Of a DNA stretch of 64,000 bases, positions 29,556-39,764 are shown piece by piece. The DNA lies in the NCBI GenBank assembly GCA_963668315.1, contig OY764216.1, forward strand, positions 4,192,001 to 4,256,000. Direction: 5' to 3'. The position numbers and the translations under genes are program-made. Each line of letters starts with the position of its first letter. Within the stretch, counting starts at the first letter, position 1. The stretch comes from Spirochaetia bacterium. Lineage in GTDB: Bacteria; Spirochaetota; Spirochaetia; DSM-2461. The notes beneath the pieces were generated by a model. It had not been told where the DNA came from and made no database searches. It saw only the letters and a list, made by a program, of their open reading frames with translations.

Positions 29556-30134
29556 GTGAAAAATCGAAAGAACGAAACGGCATGGTGCCTGAAGGGAGAG
29601 CTTCGGGACAACACGCCCTGGATAATCCCCATAGACCGCCCCCTTTTTTCTATCGGACGTCAGGACAGTAATGATCTGATTCTTCCCTCCCAGGCCGTTT
29701 CAAGACGCCATGCCAGAATTTCGATGGACAGCTCCGATCTTTTCATTGAGGACCTGGAGAGTAAAAACGGGATCCGCCTTAACGGGAATCTGCTCACGGA
29801 GAAATCTCTCCTGAGACCGGGCGATATCATCAAAATAGGGGAAAGCGAGTTCACCCTGAGCCGTTTCGATGAGCTGGAGGAGGACACGGACGAACAGACT
29901 CTGGTCAGAAATCTGGATAAGACCCGAATTTCCTTCGCCGATGCCTACGGACTTTCTGAGAGGGAGAATGAGATTCTCTTTTTTCTGATCAAGGGCCACA
30001 GCCTCAAGAAAATCGGGGAATCCCTCTTCATCTCCCCGGGTACCGTCAAAAACCATGTTTTGAAAATCTATAAAAAAACCGGCTGCCACTCGCGGATCGA
30101 ACTCTCCACAAAGGCAGCCGGCTTCAGCGGGTAA
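29556..30134 (+). CDS. FHA-domain / LuxR-HTH transcriptional regulator
   Basis: FHA 'IGRQDSND...VSRRHA...DLESKNG'; LuxR 'LSERENEILFFLIKGHSLKKIGESLFISPGTVKNHVLKIYKK'. Confidence 0.88.
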   Translation: MKNRKNETAWCLKGELRDNTPWIIPIDRPLFSIGRQDSNDLILPSQAVSRRHARISMDSSDLFIEDLESKNGIRLNGNLLTEKSLLRPGDIIKIGESEFTLSRFDELEEDTDEQTLVRNLDKTRISFADAYGLSERENEILFFLIKGHSLKKIGESLFISPGTVKNHVLKIYKKTGCHSRIELSTKAAGFSG

Positions 30135-30150
30135 TCAGCCCGGAATAGCT

Positions 30151-30933
30151 TTATAGAACATTCTTAAGAAAGTTTTTCGTTTTCTCATGCTTGGGATTTT
30201 CGAACAATTCCCTGGGCTCTCCCTCTTCAAGAATCATTCCGTCCGCCATGAAGACGACCCGGTCGGCCACTTCCCTGGCAAATCCCATCTCATGGGTGAC
30301 GCAGAGCATGGTCATCCCCTGCTTGGCCAGGTCCCGCATTACCGCAAGAACCTCCCCTACCAGTTCAGGATCCAGAGCGCTCGTCGGCTCGTCAAAGAGC
30401 ATGATTTCCGGTTCCATAGCCAGGGCACGGGCAATGGCGACCCGCTGCTGCTGTCCGCCGGAAAGCTTGCTGGGATAGACATCCCTCTTCTCAGAAAGAC
30501 CGACACGGTCGATGAGTTTGCAGGCGGCCTCAATGGCTTCAGCCTTAGACTTCTTCCGTATAAGGACCGGGGCGAGTGTCAGGTTCTCCAGAACGGTCTT
30601 ATGGGGGAAAAGGTTGAACCGCTGAAATACCATGCCCATTTCAAGAAGCATGGCTTTCTGCTGATCCGCCGGAACTCTATGCACCGTTCTGTTATGTTTT
30701 CGATGGAGAAACAGCTTATCCTGAACGAATATTTTGCCGCTGGTTATCTCTTCCAGATGATTCAAGGAACGCAGATAGGTCGATTTACCCGCACCGGAAG
30801 GACCGATAATACAGACGACTTCGCCCTTTTTGACAGCCAGGTCGACTTTTTTGAGAACTTCCAGATGGCCGAAAGATTTGCATAGTTCCTCTGTTCTGAT
30901 GAGATATTCGTATTCCTGATTTTCCTTATTCAT
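30151..30933 (-). CDS. Polar amino acid ABC transporter ATPase (GlnQ family)
   Basis: 'GPSGAGKST', '[11 protein letters not shown]', '[19 protein letters not shown]', '[11 protein letters not shown]'. Confidence 0.94.
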   Translation of the reverse strand: MNKENQEYEYLIRTEELCKSFGHLEVLKKVDLAVKKGEVVCIIGPSGAGKSTYLRSLNHLEEITSGKIFVQDKLFLHRKHNRTVHRVPADQQKAMLLEMGMVFQRFNLFPHKTVLENLTLAPVLIRKKSKAEAIEAACKLIDRVGLSEKRDVYPSKLSGGQQQRVAIARALAMEPEIMLFDEPTSALDPELVGEVLAVMRDLAKQGMTMLCVTHEMGFAREVADRVVFMADGMILEEGEPRELFENPKHEKTKNFLKNVL

Positions 30934-31969
30934 AAACAGATAACCTCTCTTCCATCTTTCCGAACAGCCAGGTGAAAATGGCCGTGACAACAAGATAGAT
31001 GACCAGAGCGGGCAGGAATACCAGATAGCTGCCTTCACTGGTCATAATCGTTTTTGATATGGTAGTGATGTCCATCAACGAAATCGCAAAAACAAGGGAT
31101 ACGTCTTTGATCATCATGATAAATTCATTACACAGGGGGGGAATCATCCTTCTGGTGGCCTGGGGAATGACGATGTGGGTCATGGTCTGAGCGTAACTCA
31201 GTCCCAGAGCCTTGGCGGCTTCATCCTGCCCCTTGTCAATGGACTGAATCGCGGCGCGGACGATCTCTGCGCAGTAGGCGGCGGAGTTCAGAGAAAAGGA
31301 TATCAGGGCCGCAAGAAAAGCACCCTTATACACAGCCTCGGGGTCGGCGATATCAAAAAGACCGCGCCAGGAGAATCCGAAGATTCCCGGGACGGAGAAA
31401 TAGACCACAAACAACTGTATGAGAAGAGGTGTTCCCCGGAAGAAAAAGATATAGGCGCTGCAGAGCTTGCTGATGATTTTATTATCGGAAATCTTGCCCA
31501 GAGCGAGAAATAAGCTGAAGAAAAACCCGATCAGAATGGACAGTGTGGTAAGCATCATGGTCAGCTTGACGCCGTGCAGAAGATTCTGATGAACACCCAG
31601 CATACGGTAGGTGTAGTTGACCATCTGCCCGGTAAACTTTCCGAAACCCCTATCGGCCTGAAAAATGGAACCGGCAAAACCGACATAGGCTTCCTGGAGG
31701 GGTTTTGCCCCCGAAGTGGTAAAGGATAGATAGCTGATGGCGTTAAAATCGTTATAAGTTATGGTAAGACGTTTTCGTGAACTGTCTTTTTCGTCTTCGA
31801 TCATCTGCTTCACCTGAGGGGAAGCATGATTCATCATTTCTGATTCGGAGACATTGATAATCGAAAGAACAATAAACAAAATAACAACTGCCATAATAAC
31901 TATGGCAGCTGTCTTTGCAGATTGTTCCCATTCTCTAATGTTTATTAGCTTCTTGAGAAAATCCTTCAT
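30926..31969 (-). CDS. Polar amino acid ABC transporter permease
   Basis: '[11 protein letters not shown]', '[28 protein letters not shown]'. Confidence 0.92.
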   Translation of the reverse strand: MKDFLKKLINIREWEQSAKTAAIVIMAVVILFIVLSIINVSESEMMNHASPQVKQMIEDEKDSSRKRLTITYNDFNAISYLSFTTSGAKPLQEAYVGFAGSIFQADRGFGKFTGQMVNYTYRMLGVHQNLLHGVKLTMMLTTLSILIGFFFSLFLALGKISDNKIISKLCSAYIFFFRGTPLLIQLFVVYFSVPGIFGFSWRGLFDIADPEAVYKGAFLAALISFSLNSAAYCAEIVRAAIQSIDKGQDEAAKALGLSYAQTMTHIVIPQATRRMIPPLCNEFIMMIKDVSLVFAISLMDITTISKTIMTSEGSYLVFLPALVIYLVVTAIFTWLFGKMEERLSVYE

Positions 31970-31980
31970 GGAGACTCTTA

Positions 31981-32778
31981 TCAGCCACCGAACCAGTATT
32001 CAGTGCTCTCCTGGAAGAAGCCTTCGGCCTTCAGCTCTTCAATAGCTTTATTGATTGCCGCCTGAAGATCGGAATTGCCTTTTTTAATGGCTACGCCGAA
32101 CTGTTCGGGTTCGCTCTTGTCAAGGTAAGCGACCTTGTACTTGTCGGGATTCTTACCAACCTGGCCGTCTGCCACGGTGGAGTCCACAACGGCGGCATCG
32201 ATCTCTTTATTATCAAGCTGGGTAAAGCAGGTAATGACTTTTTCGTTCTGAGCCAAAGTACAGTTCAGAGAACCGGTGGAAATGTAGTCGGAGATAAGGA
32301 TGTCCGATGTGGTTTCCTTCTGGACAGCCAGGGCAAGGCCCTCGAGATCGAGAAAGCTTCCCACCGTCATGTCAGAATCGGTCCGGACAACGACTGCCTG
32401 GTAATTGTCGATATAGGGGGTGGAGAAGTCCATTGTCTCTTTTCTTTCATCGGTGATGGTTACTGCGGAAATAACAACGTCATAGTTAACGCCGATACCC
32501 TGGAAAATTCCGTCCCAGGCGGTGTTGATGAAAACGATTTCGAGACCGAGCTTTTCACCAAGGGCTTTAGCGAAGTCAATATCGTAACCGACAGGAGTAA
32601 CGCCGTCGTTGGCAAAATCTTCGAACGGGGGATAGCCGATCTCTACACCGATGGCCAGTGTTCCAGCTTTCATCAGGTTAAGTTCTGATGTGGCTTCCTT
32701 TTCTTCGGAACCGCCGTTAGCGGCAACGAAAGACAGAGCGGTCATGGCGACCAGGGCCATGAATAAAACCTTTTTCAT
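31981..32778 (-). CDS. Polar amino acid ABC substrate-binding protein (family 3)
   Basis: Signal 'FVAANGGSE'; 'GYPPFE', 'GYDID', 'ITDERKETMDFSTPY'. Confidence 0.92.
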   Translation of the reverse strand: MKKVLFMALVAMTALSFVAANGGSEEKEATSELNLMKAGTLAIGVEIGYPPFEDFANDGVTPVGYDIDFAKALGEKLGLEIVFINTAWDGIFQGIGVNYDVVISAVTITDERKETMDFSTPYIDNYQAVVVRTDSDMTVGSFLDLEGLALAVQKETTSDILISDYISTGSLNCTLAQNEKVITCFTQLDNKEIDAAVVDSTVADGQVGKNPDKYKVAYLDKSEPEQFGVAIKKGNSDLQAAINKAIEELKAEGFFQESTEYWFGG

Positions 32779-32881
32779 ATTTCTCTCCTTAAAGATACCG
32801 GGGAACTTTCAGAAGTTCTCCATTTTAACTATTTGCGATTATCGTAGCTTACTTCTACGTTTACGCCAGATTTGTCTATAC

Positions 32882-32899
32882 ACGGCAAGATATTGCCAC
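32882..32899. promoter_or_regulatory. GGCAA-N4-TTGCC inverted repeat upstream of amino-acid ABC operon
   Basis: GGCAA-GATA-TTGCC at 32884-32897, same geometry as the site upstream of livK. Confidence 0.5.
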
Positions 32900-33032
32900 A
32901 AATACAGTGCTCCCTATTTTATACACTAATTGTCAGTTTAATGTAAAGAGAAATGGTAGAAATCAAGTCACCCCATGGCTTCCCCCTTTCTACTCCGCCT
33001 TGTATAATGGGGCCAACAGGAGGAATTCGAGA

Positions 33033-33377
33033 ATGATTATCAGAAGAAAAGATATGAAAACAGAGGTCAGGGATGCCATGAGAGGCGGCCCCGGTTCGGT
33101 GACGATGACACATCTGGAAGCCGATTCAAATATGAAGAACTGCCGTCTCCTCAGTGAAATCACAATCCCTCCCGGAGCGGGTATCGGTCAGCATGAGCAT
33201 TCCAACGAGACGGAGTATTACATCATCACCGGCGGAGAAGGACTGGTCATTGACAACGGAGAGGAAGAGAAAGTCAAGGCCGGTGAAGTAGTCGCCACCC
33301 CCCACGGCAGTACCCACAGCATAACCAATACCGGTTCGGTCGATCTGACCATGATTGCGGTCATCGTCACCTACTGA
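33033..33377 (+). CDS. Cupin-domain protein
   Basis: AGGAGG SD; 'IGQHEHSNETEYYII..GEG', 'PHGSTHSITNTG'. Confidence 0.88.
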   Translation: MIIRRKDMKTEVRDAMRGGPGSVTMTHLEADSNMKNCRLLSEITIPPGAGIGQHEHSNETEYYIITGGEGLVIDNGEEEKVKAGEVVATPHGSTHSITNTGSVDLTMIAVIVTY

Positions 33378-33379
33378 TA

Positions 33380-35548
33380 ATGGATTTATTCCAGGCGGAG
33401 CAGTCCCATGCAGGCGAGCCTCTGGCCGCCCGCATGAGACCGAGAACTTTAGATGAATATGTCGGCCAGGACCATATCCTGGGCAATGGACGTCTTCTCA
33501 GACGGGCAATCCAGGCCGACCAGCTCTCTTCCCTCATCTTCTACGGACCTCCCGGAACGGGAAAGACGACTCTCGCCCGGGTCATAGCCAACAGCACGAA
33601 GAGCTATTTTCTCTCCCTGAACGCCGTGCTCAGCGGAGTGAAAGAGCTCCGCGCTTCCATAGACGATGCCAGGGAGAAGAGGGATCTCTACGACCGCCGC
33701 ACCATACTCTTCGTTGACGAGGTTCACCGCTGGAACAAGAGCCAGCAGGACGCCCTTCTCCCCTGGGTGGAAAACGGCACCATCATCCTCATAGGCGCCA
33801 CCACGGAAAATCCCTATTTCGAAGTCAACTCCGCCCTGGTGAGCCGGAGCCGCGTCTTCCAGCTGAAGGAACTGACCGACGACGATCTGCGGGCCATTGC
33901 CCGTCAGGCTCTGTCCGATACATCCAGAGGCTACGGAAGATGGAAGGTCAACCTGGCCGCGGACGGGCTGGATCACCTGGTGTCCGTCGCCTCCGGCGAT
34001 GCCCGTTCCCTTCTCAACGCCCTGCAGCTGGCCGTGGAGACAACCCCGTCGAACTTCCCGCCGCCGGCCGGAACGGAAATCGATATAGACCTGGCCACCT
34101 GCGAGGAGAGTATCCAGAAAAAGGTTGTCCTCTATGACAAGGAGGGGGATTACCATTTCGACACCATAAGCGCTTTTATCAAGTCCATCCGGGGTTCCGA
34201 TCCGGATGCCGCCCTCTACTGGATGGCCCGCATGATCCGTGCGGGGGAGGATCCCCGTTTTATCCTGAGACGCATGCTTATCTCGGCCAGCGAAGACATC
34301 GGCATGGCCGACCCCTATGCGCTTAATGTGGTGACCTCTGCGGCGGCCGCCTTTGACCGGGTGGGTCTTCCGGAGGGCCAGTTCCATCTGACCCATGCGG
34401 CCCTCTACCTGGCCACGGCGCCTAAATCCAATTCGGCCCTGGCCTATTTTGATGCGGTTCGCGCCGTGGACAAAGAACAGGCCGAAGTCCCCAACCACCT
34501 GAAAGATCCCAGCCGTGACAAACATGCCTTCGGACACGGCGAAGGGTATAATTATCCCCATGCCTACCGGGATCACTGGGTGGCCCAGCAGTATCTGCCC
34601 AATACGCTCAAAGGACGGCTGTTCTACCAGCCCTCATCCCAGGGCTATGAAGGGAAGATACAGGAGGATGTACTCCGGCGGCGGGAAGCCCAGCTGGCCG
34701 TTATGCTCGATGAATCTCCCGAAGTCCTGACCTACTCCCCCGGCGGCAAGGAGAGGGACAAATGGCTCAAGCGCACCATGGCCGCCGGCACCTCCCTGCC
34801 AGACGCCCTCTTTGAAAATCTATTCAGCGATCTCAGGCTGACCCGCCATGACAGGCTCCTTATCGCTCCCATCGTCACGGGGCAGATCTTCTGGGAAGCC
34901 TACCGCCAGGTTCCGGAAGGCGGCGTCTGGGGCCTGGCCGATTCGGAAAGGGTAAGGGAGCTCATCAGTTTTTCCCTGGAGAGCCTGCCCGAATCGGAGA
35001 GACCGGTCCTGATAGACAGAACCACCGTGGATACTCTGCCCGACCTGGAAGGGATCTTCCTGACCGAACCTCTTCGCAGGGACATGGGGCAGGTTCTTCT
35101 GAGTGTCATGATCTCCCGTCTCATCCCGGGAGGCTTTCTTAAGTGCAGCGAAATTGAAAGAACCCGGACGACCCGTCTCTCCTTTTTCCTCGAAGGGAGC
35201 TCTCTTTCTGAAGAAATTCTGGGGGGCATTAAAAACCGCGAGGAGTCCCTGTACGGCAGTTTCAATTCCGAAAGCCGACTCGCCGTTCTGCTCGGCAACG
35301 AACTGGAGCGGGAATCGTCCCTGACGATAGAAACAGGAGAGAACCGTTTTATCTCCGCCTCGCTCCTTGATACCTGGATCAATCGTGATAAGTCCCCGGG
35401 AAACTGGGGTGCTTCGGTGAGCAAAGACCTGAGTGATGAAGAGTGGAATCTCGTCAGAGGGGTTCTGGAAAGCAGACTAAAGGACAAGGAAATTGAATGG
35501 CGGCGCTTCTGGAAGGTGGATACCTACAGGAAAGCTGAAAACGAGTAA
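33380..35548 (+). CDS. rarA: Replication-associated recombination protein A (MgsA) with C-terminal extension
   Basis: 'PLAARMRPRTLDEYVGQDH', 'GPPGTGKTT', 'FVDEVHRWNKSQQD', 'SAFIKSIRGSDPDAALYW', 'GYNYPH'. Confidence 0.93.
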   Translation: MDLFQAEQSHAGEPLAARMRPRTLDEYVGQDHILGNGRLLRRAIQADQLSSLIFYGPPGTGKTTLARVIANSTKSYFLSLNAVLSGVKELRASIDDAREKRDLYDRRTILFVDEVHRWNKSQQDALLPWVENGTIILIGATTENPYFEVNSALVSRSRVFQLKELTDDDLRAIARQALSDTSRGYGRWKVNLAADGLDHLVSVASGDARSLLNALQLAVETTPSNFPPPAGTEIDIDLATCEESIQKKVVLYDKEGDYHFDTISAFIKSIRGSDPDAALYWMARMIRAGEDPRFILRRMLISASEDIGMADPYALNVVTSAAAAFDRVGLPEGQFHLTHAALYLATAPKSNSALAYFDAVRAVDKEQAEVPNHLKDPSRDKHAFGHGEGYNYPHAYRDHWVAQQYLPNTLKGRLFYQPSSQGYEGKIQEDVLRRREAQLAVMLDESPEVLTYSPGGKERDKWLKRTMAAGTSLPDALFENLFSDLRLTRHDRLLIAPIVTGQIFWEAYRQVPEGGVWGLADSERVRELISFSLESLPESERPVLIDRTTVDTLPDLEGIFLTEPLRRDMGQVLLSVMISRLIPGGFLKCSEIERTRTTRLSFFLEGSSLSEEILGGIKNREESLYGSFNSESRLAVLLGNELERESSLTIETGENRFISASLLDTWINRDKSPGNWGASVSKDLSDEEWNLVRGVLESRLKDKEIEWRRFWKVDTYRKAENE

Positions 35549-35658
35549 ATTCCTGTTAATCCGGTTTTTGCCGGGCCGGAAGAAACGATCCGACCGGAAA
35601 AATGTGTATTAAATAGTTTTCAATATAATCCTCTCTCTCTTCCCCTTCCCCATCCCTC

Positions 35659-35709
35659 TTGACATATAATTGTGCCCATCATATATTATCTACCATGGTA
35701 GTTAATATA
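35659..35709 (+). promoter_or_regulatory. Promoter TTGACA-17-TATATT with overlapping 28-bp palindrome (probable TrmB operator)
   Basis: TTGACA 35659-35664, TATATT 35682-35687; TATATTA-t-CTACCATGGTAG-t-TAATATA at 35682-35709. Confidence 0.75.
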
Positions 35710-36510
35710 GTCAATTTAATGGGAGAGCTGGGATTCTCCGAATATGAGGCGCGGGCCTATGTCTCACTTTTGCAGGAAAACCCCGTTACCGCCTATGAAG
35801 CGGCGAAAAACGGCGGGCTTCCCACGGCGAAAATTTACCAGGTTCTGGCCAAACTTATGGATAAGGGCGTCGTCCTTGAACTGGTGGAAAGCGGCAAGAA
35901 ACGCTATGTTCCCATGGATCCCGAAGAATTCATCGCCAGACAGAGAGTCCGCATGAATACCCACCTGTCTTCCCTGAAGCGGGAGATGGACAAAACCCGG
36001 GTAGAATCCAATGTCTCCTATATCTGGAATATCAATGACAGGGAAGAATTTCTCCAGCAGGCGGAGATGATGATCGGCCGGGCGGAGAAAAGTCTCCTTA
36101 TCTCTCTCTGCGAAGAGGAGATGGCCGTGCTTTACGGTTCTCTCAAGCTCAAGGAGGAGCAGGGTCTTTCCCTGGCCGTGGTACTGTTCGGAGACGCTCC
36201 CTATAACTTGAATCCCCTGTTCTACCACCCCCTGGCCGATACGCTTCAGTCGGAAAAGGGAGGAAGAAACTTTTCCCTGGTAACCGATTCCAGCCTGGCC
36301 ATGGCCGCAACCATTATCGACGAGAAAGCCGTGGAAGGAGCCTGGAGCGGCAACCGGGGTTTCGTGACCGTAACGGAAGATTATATCAAGCATGACATAT
36401 ACATAATGAAGATCGTCAATCGCTTTGATGAAGAGCTGATCGACCGATTCGGTGAAAATTACCATCACATGAGAGATGTATTCCACGATAAGGAGGAAAA
36501 TCATGGATAA
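35695..36510 (+). CDS. TrmB-family transcriptional regulator
   Basis: 'LGFSEYEARAYVSLL...TAYEAAKNGGLPTAKIYQVLAKL'; C-terminal effector domain. Confidence 0.9.
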   Translation: MVVNIVNLMGELGFSEYEARAYVSLLQENPVTAYEAAKNGGLPTAKIYQVLAKLMDKGVVLELVESGKKRYVPMDPEEFIARQRVRMNTHLSSLKREMDKTRVESNVSYIWNINDREEFLQQAEMMIGRAEKSLLISLCEEEMAVLYGSLKLKEEQGLSLAVVLFGDAPYNLNPLFYHPLADTLQSEKGGRNFSLVTDSSLAMAATIIDEKAVEGAWSGNRGFVTVTEDYIKHDIYIMKIVNRFDEELIDRFGENYHHMRDVFHDKEENHG

Positions 36511-37369
36511 AAGCAAGGCAGTCATTAATATCGACGGAGAATGGTGTTCGGGGAATGAGGCGAAGATTTCCGTGTATGATCACGGGTTACTCTACGGCGA
36601 CGGTCTTTTTGAAGGCATCCGTATCTACGGCGGCCGGATCTTCAAACTGGAAGAACATATGGAAAGGCTCTACGAAGGAGCCCGCGCCATTATGCTGACC
36701 ATTCCCATGACGGCCGAAGAGATGGGCTCCCTTCTGGAGGAGAGCGTCCGCCGCTACGGCGAGAAGGAAGGCTATATCAGACTGGTCGTTACCCGCGGCC
36801 CCGGTTCCCTGGGAATTTCCCCGGATACCTGCCCCAGAGCCTCGGTAATCGTGATAGTCGATTCCATTCAGCTCTATCCCAGGGAGCACTACGAGAAGGG
36901 AATCGCCGTAGTGACCGCTGCGTCCCGCCGGCTTTCCGGCGATATTTTCGATCCGCGGATCAAATCCCTCAACTACCTGAACAATGTTCTGGCCAAGCTG
37001 GAAGCCAAGCAGGCGGGCTGCCTGGAAGCGATTATGCTGAATAAAGAAGGCTATGTCTGTGAGTGTACGGGGGATAATATTTTCGTGGTAAAGAAAGGGG
37101 TCCTTCATACGCCTCCCTCCTACCTGGGCATGCTGGAGGGGATTACCCGGAACACTATGATCGAGCTGGCAGAAGAGGGAAATATCCCCTTCTCCGAAAG
37201 GGTCATGACCCGTTTTGACCTCTATACGGCGGATGAATGCTTCCTCACCGGTTCGGGGGCGGAAATCATTCCCGTTATTTCGGTGGACGGCCGCATGGTA
37301 GGTTCGGGCAAGCCGGGAGAGATGTCCCGTAAGCTGGCCGGATTATTCTCCGAGCGGGTTCTCCGCTAA
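36503..37369 (+). CDS. ilvE: Branched-chain amino acid aminotransferase (class IV)
   Basis: 'DHGLLYGDGLFEGIR', 'IKSLNYLNN', 'ECTGDNIF', 'LEGITR', 'ADECFLTGSGAE'. Confidence 0.92.
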   Translation: MDKSKAVINIDGEWCSGNEAKISVYDHGLLYGDGLFEGIRIYGGRIFKLEEHMERLYEGARAIMLTIPMTAEEMGSLLEESVRRYGEKEGYIRLVVTRGPGSLGISPDTCPRASVIVIVDSIQLYPREHYEKGIAVVTAASRRLSGDIFDPRIKSLNYLNNVLAKLEAKQAGCLEAIMLNKEGYVCECTGDNIFVVKKGVLHTPPSYLGMLEGITRNTMIELAEEGNIPFSERVMTRFDLYTADECFLTGSGAEIIPVISVDGRMVGSGKPGEMSRKLAGLFSERVLR

Positions 37370-37930
37370 GACACCATCCCTGCCGACAAGGGGGGTTTTA
37401 TCAAAGGGGCAGACCTCCGCTTCGGCGCTGTAGAAAACGGTGCCGCAGTGGGGGCAGAGCCGGTAGGTTCCGTCCTGCTTGAAGCGAATGGATTTCACCA
37501 GATTGTAATGAAGAAAAAGGCGGGCGTAGGAACCGAAATCCGGATCAAACCCTCCCATATAGCCCAGGGTATCCATGAAGATATCATAGGTATTCCCGTT
37601 CGTCAGAGTGATGCGGGCGGGAGTGAAATCGTTATCGGGAGTTCCGAACACATCGGTGAACTCCACTTCTCTAATCCTGTTAAGTTCCAGAGCGTAGGTA
37701 ACCACACCCGTTTCGGTTCCCCGTCGGATCCAGAAGAAATATTTCTGCTCATCCTCCATATTATGAAAGGAGGATGCGGTCAGGTCAATCTGCGTTCCGT
37801 CCGCCAGCTCCACCACCGCGTCGTAAAAAGGGTCATAGATTCGTTCCCTTCCGAAATTCAGGGCATCCTGAGCCCTTAGGGAAGCGAGGGAGATCAGGAA
37901 TAGAAATAAGAACGGCAGATTACGCTTCAT
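37343..37930 (-). CDS. Hypothetical exported protein with C-terminal zinc-ribbon-like motif
   Basis: Signal peptide 'MKRNLPFLFLFLISLASLRA'; 'CPHCG...CPFD'. Confidence 0.7.
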   Translation of the reverse strand: MKRNLPFLFLFLISLASLRAQDALNFGRERIYDPFYDAVVELADGTQIDLTASSFHNMEDEQKYFFWIRRGTETGVVTYALELNRIREVEFTDVFGTPDNDFTPARITLTNGNTYDIFMDTLGYMGGFDPDFGSYARLFLHYNLVKSIRFKQDGTYRLCPHCGTVFYSAEAEVCPFDKTPLVGRDGVLAENPLGE

Positions 37931-37943
37931 GGCCGTTATTCTA

Positions 37944-39764
37944 TCACTCATCCACGGCAAAGACAACTCGCCTTTCGGGCAAATCCACCGACTGAACTTT
38001 CAGCCGGACCTTCTCGTTATACTCCCGGCTCTCCTTCAGGGCTATCCGCGGTTCCATGGCCAGTTCGGGAATCATAAAAACGCCCAGTTTGTCCGTCTTA
38101 TCCACGACGATGGCCTCTCCCCGCCAGTCAGGCCGTTCCAGTAGGTAGTTGATTTTCCAGTGCTGATTGGAGGCCCGCTCCGCCTGAGTCACCTGGGAAG
38201 CCAGGGATTCGCAGGCGGTCGTGCCCTCGAGCATATCCTCTTCGTCCCGTACATGCCCCCCGGTAATATGCGCCCGGAGCTGCTGCATGGTCATCAGGTC
38301 GGAATAGCGCCTCAGGGGACTGGTCACGCGGGTATACACATCCAGCCCCAGACCGCTGTGCTTCGAAGGAGACAGGGTGACGCGGCTTCTCTGCATGATT
38401 TTCCGCTTCGCGTACTCTCCGGCCATGCCCTCCAGTTTCTGGGGGTTGTTCTCGGGGGTGGGCTGGCTGACAAAGGGGACGGGAATTTCCCGGGCTATAG
38501 CATAGGAGGCAGCGGCATTTCCGGCCAGCATCATGCTTTCGGCGACCATTTCCCGGCTTCTGAGCCGGGGCAGAGAGGAGATGAGGATATCGCCCCTGCC
38601 CTCATCCTCCACCCGCATTTTCACCTCGGGCAGATTGATATTCCGGGCGCCGTTCTCCATCCGCCGATCATGAAAGGAGCCGAGAATCCGCTCAATGGTG
38701 CAGAAAGGCTCTTCCTCCATCTTCCCGTCGGCCTCTTCATAACTCATCCTCTCCACCTTCACCCAGGAGAGTTTGATATCCACATCGCCCACGGAACCGT
38801 CGTCATTCAGCTTGATTCCGAAGGAGAACGCGGGGGAACGGTTTTCCTGAAGCCCCATTCCCAGCTGCTCGGTCACGCCGGGGGGCAGCATGGTCACCGT
38901 CTTCTCCGGTATATACAGATTGGCCCCTCTTTCGCGGGCTTCCAGATCCAAAGGAGAATCGGGCGTCACCAGGGCGGCGGCGTCGGCTATATGAACCCAG
39001 AGGCGCTCCCCGTCCCAGCCGACCGCATCATCGGGATCGGTATTGCCCTCGTCATCTATGGCATAGGAAACGAAACCTGTCAGGTCGATTCTCTCCTCGG
39101 CGGGCAGTTCCGGAACGGGCAGATCGGGGTTATTTCCTTTGCAGCTGAACCGGGGAGGATAGGGATTCCACCGGGAAGGCACCCGCTTCCATTTGATCAG
39201 AAGCTTATGGGCGTTCTCCGGAGTCTGTTCCTTTTTCAGCTCGGAGAGCACGGCGCTCCTCTTGATATAGCCCTGGGCCATCTGCTCGACTTCGCGCAGC
39301 CAGGGATCATCCTCCTCCCGGAACTCCTCTTTTTTGAGACGGGTCAGAAAATCCTGCCACCTCTCCTCGGCTTCTTCCTTTTCCCTGCGGGCGCTCTCTT
39401 TCTTCTCCCGTTCATCGGCCGAGGTCACTTCGATACAGTCCAGAGACCCCTTGAACCAGGCCGTTCTGTTGATCAGAAGAAAGACGGACCATACCGCCGA
39501 AGGACTGTATTCGCCGTAGATGAGCTCGGCAAGGTCCTGAACACTCGGATTTTCCCCCTGGAAAAGCTCCCAGGCTTCCTCCGGATCTCCTTCCAGGACT
39601 TCCAGGGCCCCCAGGGAGGAGAGGGGACCTTCATGCATGGGAAGGATGTCCTTCAGACGGACTTTTTTCTCCCCCTTGGCGAGGGCTATGGTAATTTTGT
39701 CTCCGTCAATACTTTTGATAAGGGCGGGACTCTGCTTATATAATACAAGGGATTTCTCTTTCAA
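37944..39764 (-). CDS. RNB-domain exoribonuclease (RNase II family)
   Basis: 'AIDDEGNTDPDDA', 'VHIAD', 'HSGLGLDVYTRVTSPLRRYSDL', C-terminal S1-like. Confidence 0.92.
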   Translation of the reverse strand: MKEKSLVLYKQSPALIKSIDGDKITIALAKGEKKVRLKDILPMHEGPLSSLGALEVLEGDPEEAWELFQGENPSVQDLAELIYGEYSPSAVWSVFLLINRTAWFKGSLDCIEVTSADEREKKESARREKEEAEERWQDFLTRLKKEEFREEDDPWLREVEQMAQGYIKRSAVLSELKKEQTPENAHKLLIKWKRVPSRWNPYPPRFSCKGNNPDLPVPELPAEERIDLTGFVSYAIDDEGNTDPDDAVGWDGERLWVHIADAAALVTPDSPLDLEARERGANLYIPEKTVTMLPPGVTEQLGMGLQENRSPAFSFGIKLNDDGSVGDVDIKLSWVKVERMSYEEADGKMEEEPFCTIERILGSFHDRRMENGARNINLPEVKMRVEDEGRGDILISSLPRLRSREMVAESMMLAGNAAASYAIAREIPVPFVSQPTPENNPQKLEGMAGEYAKRKIMQRSRVTLSPSKHSGLGLDVYTRVTSPLRRYSDLMTMQQLRAHITGGHVRDEEDMLEGTTACESLASQVTQAERASNQHWKINYLLERPDWRGEAIVVDKTDKLGVFMIPELAMEPRIALKESREYNEKVRLKVQSVDLPERRVVFAVDE

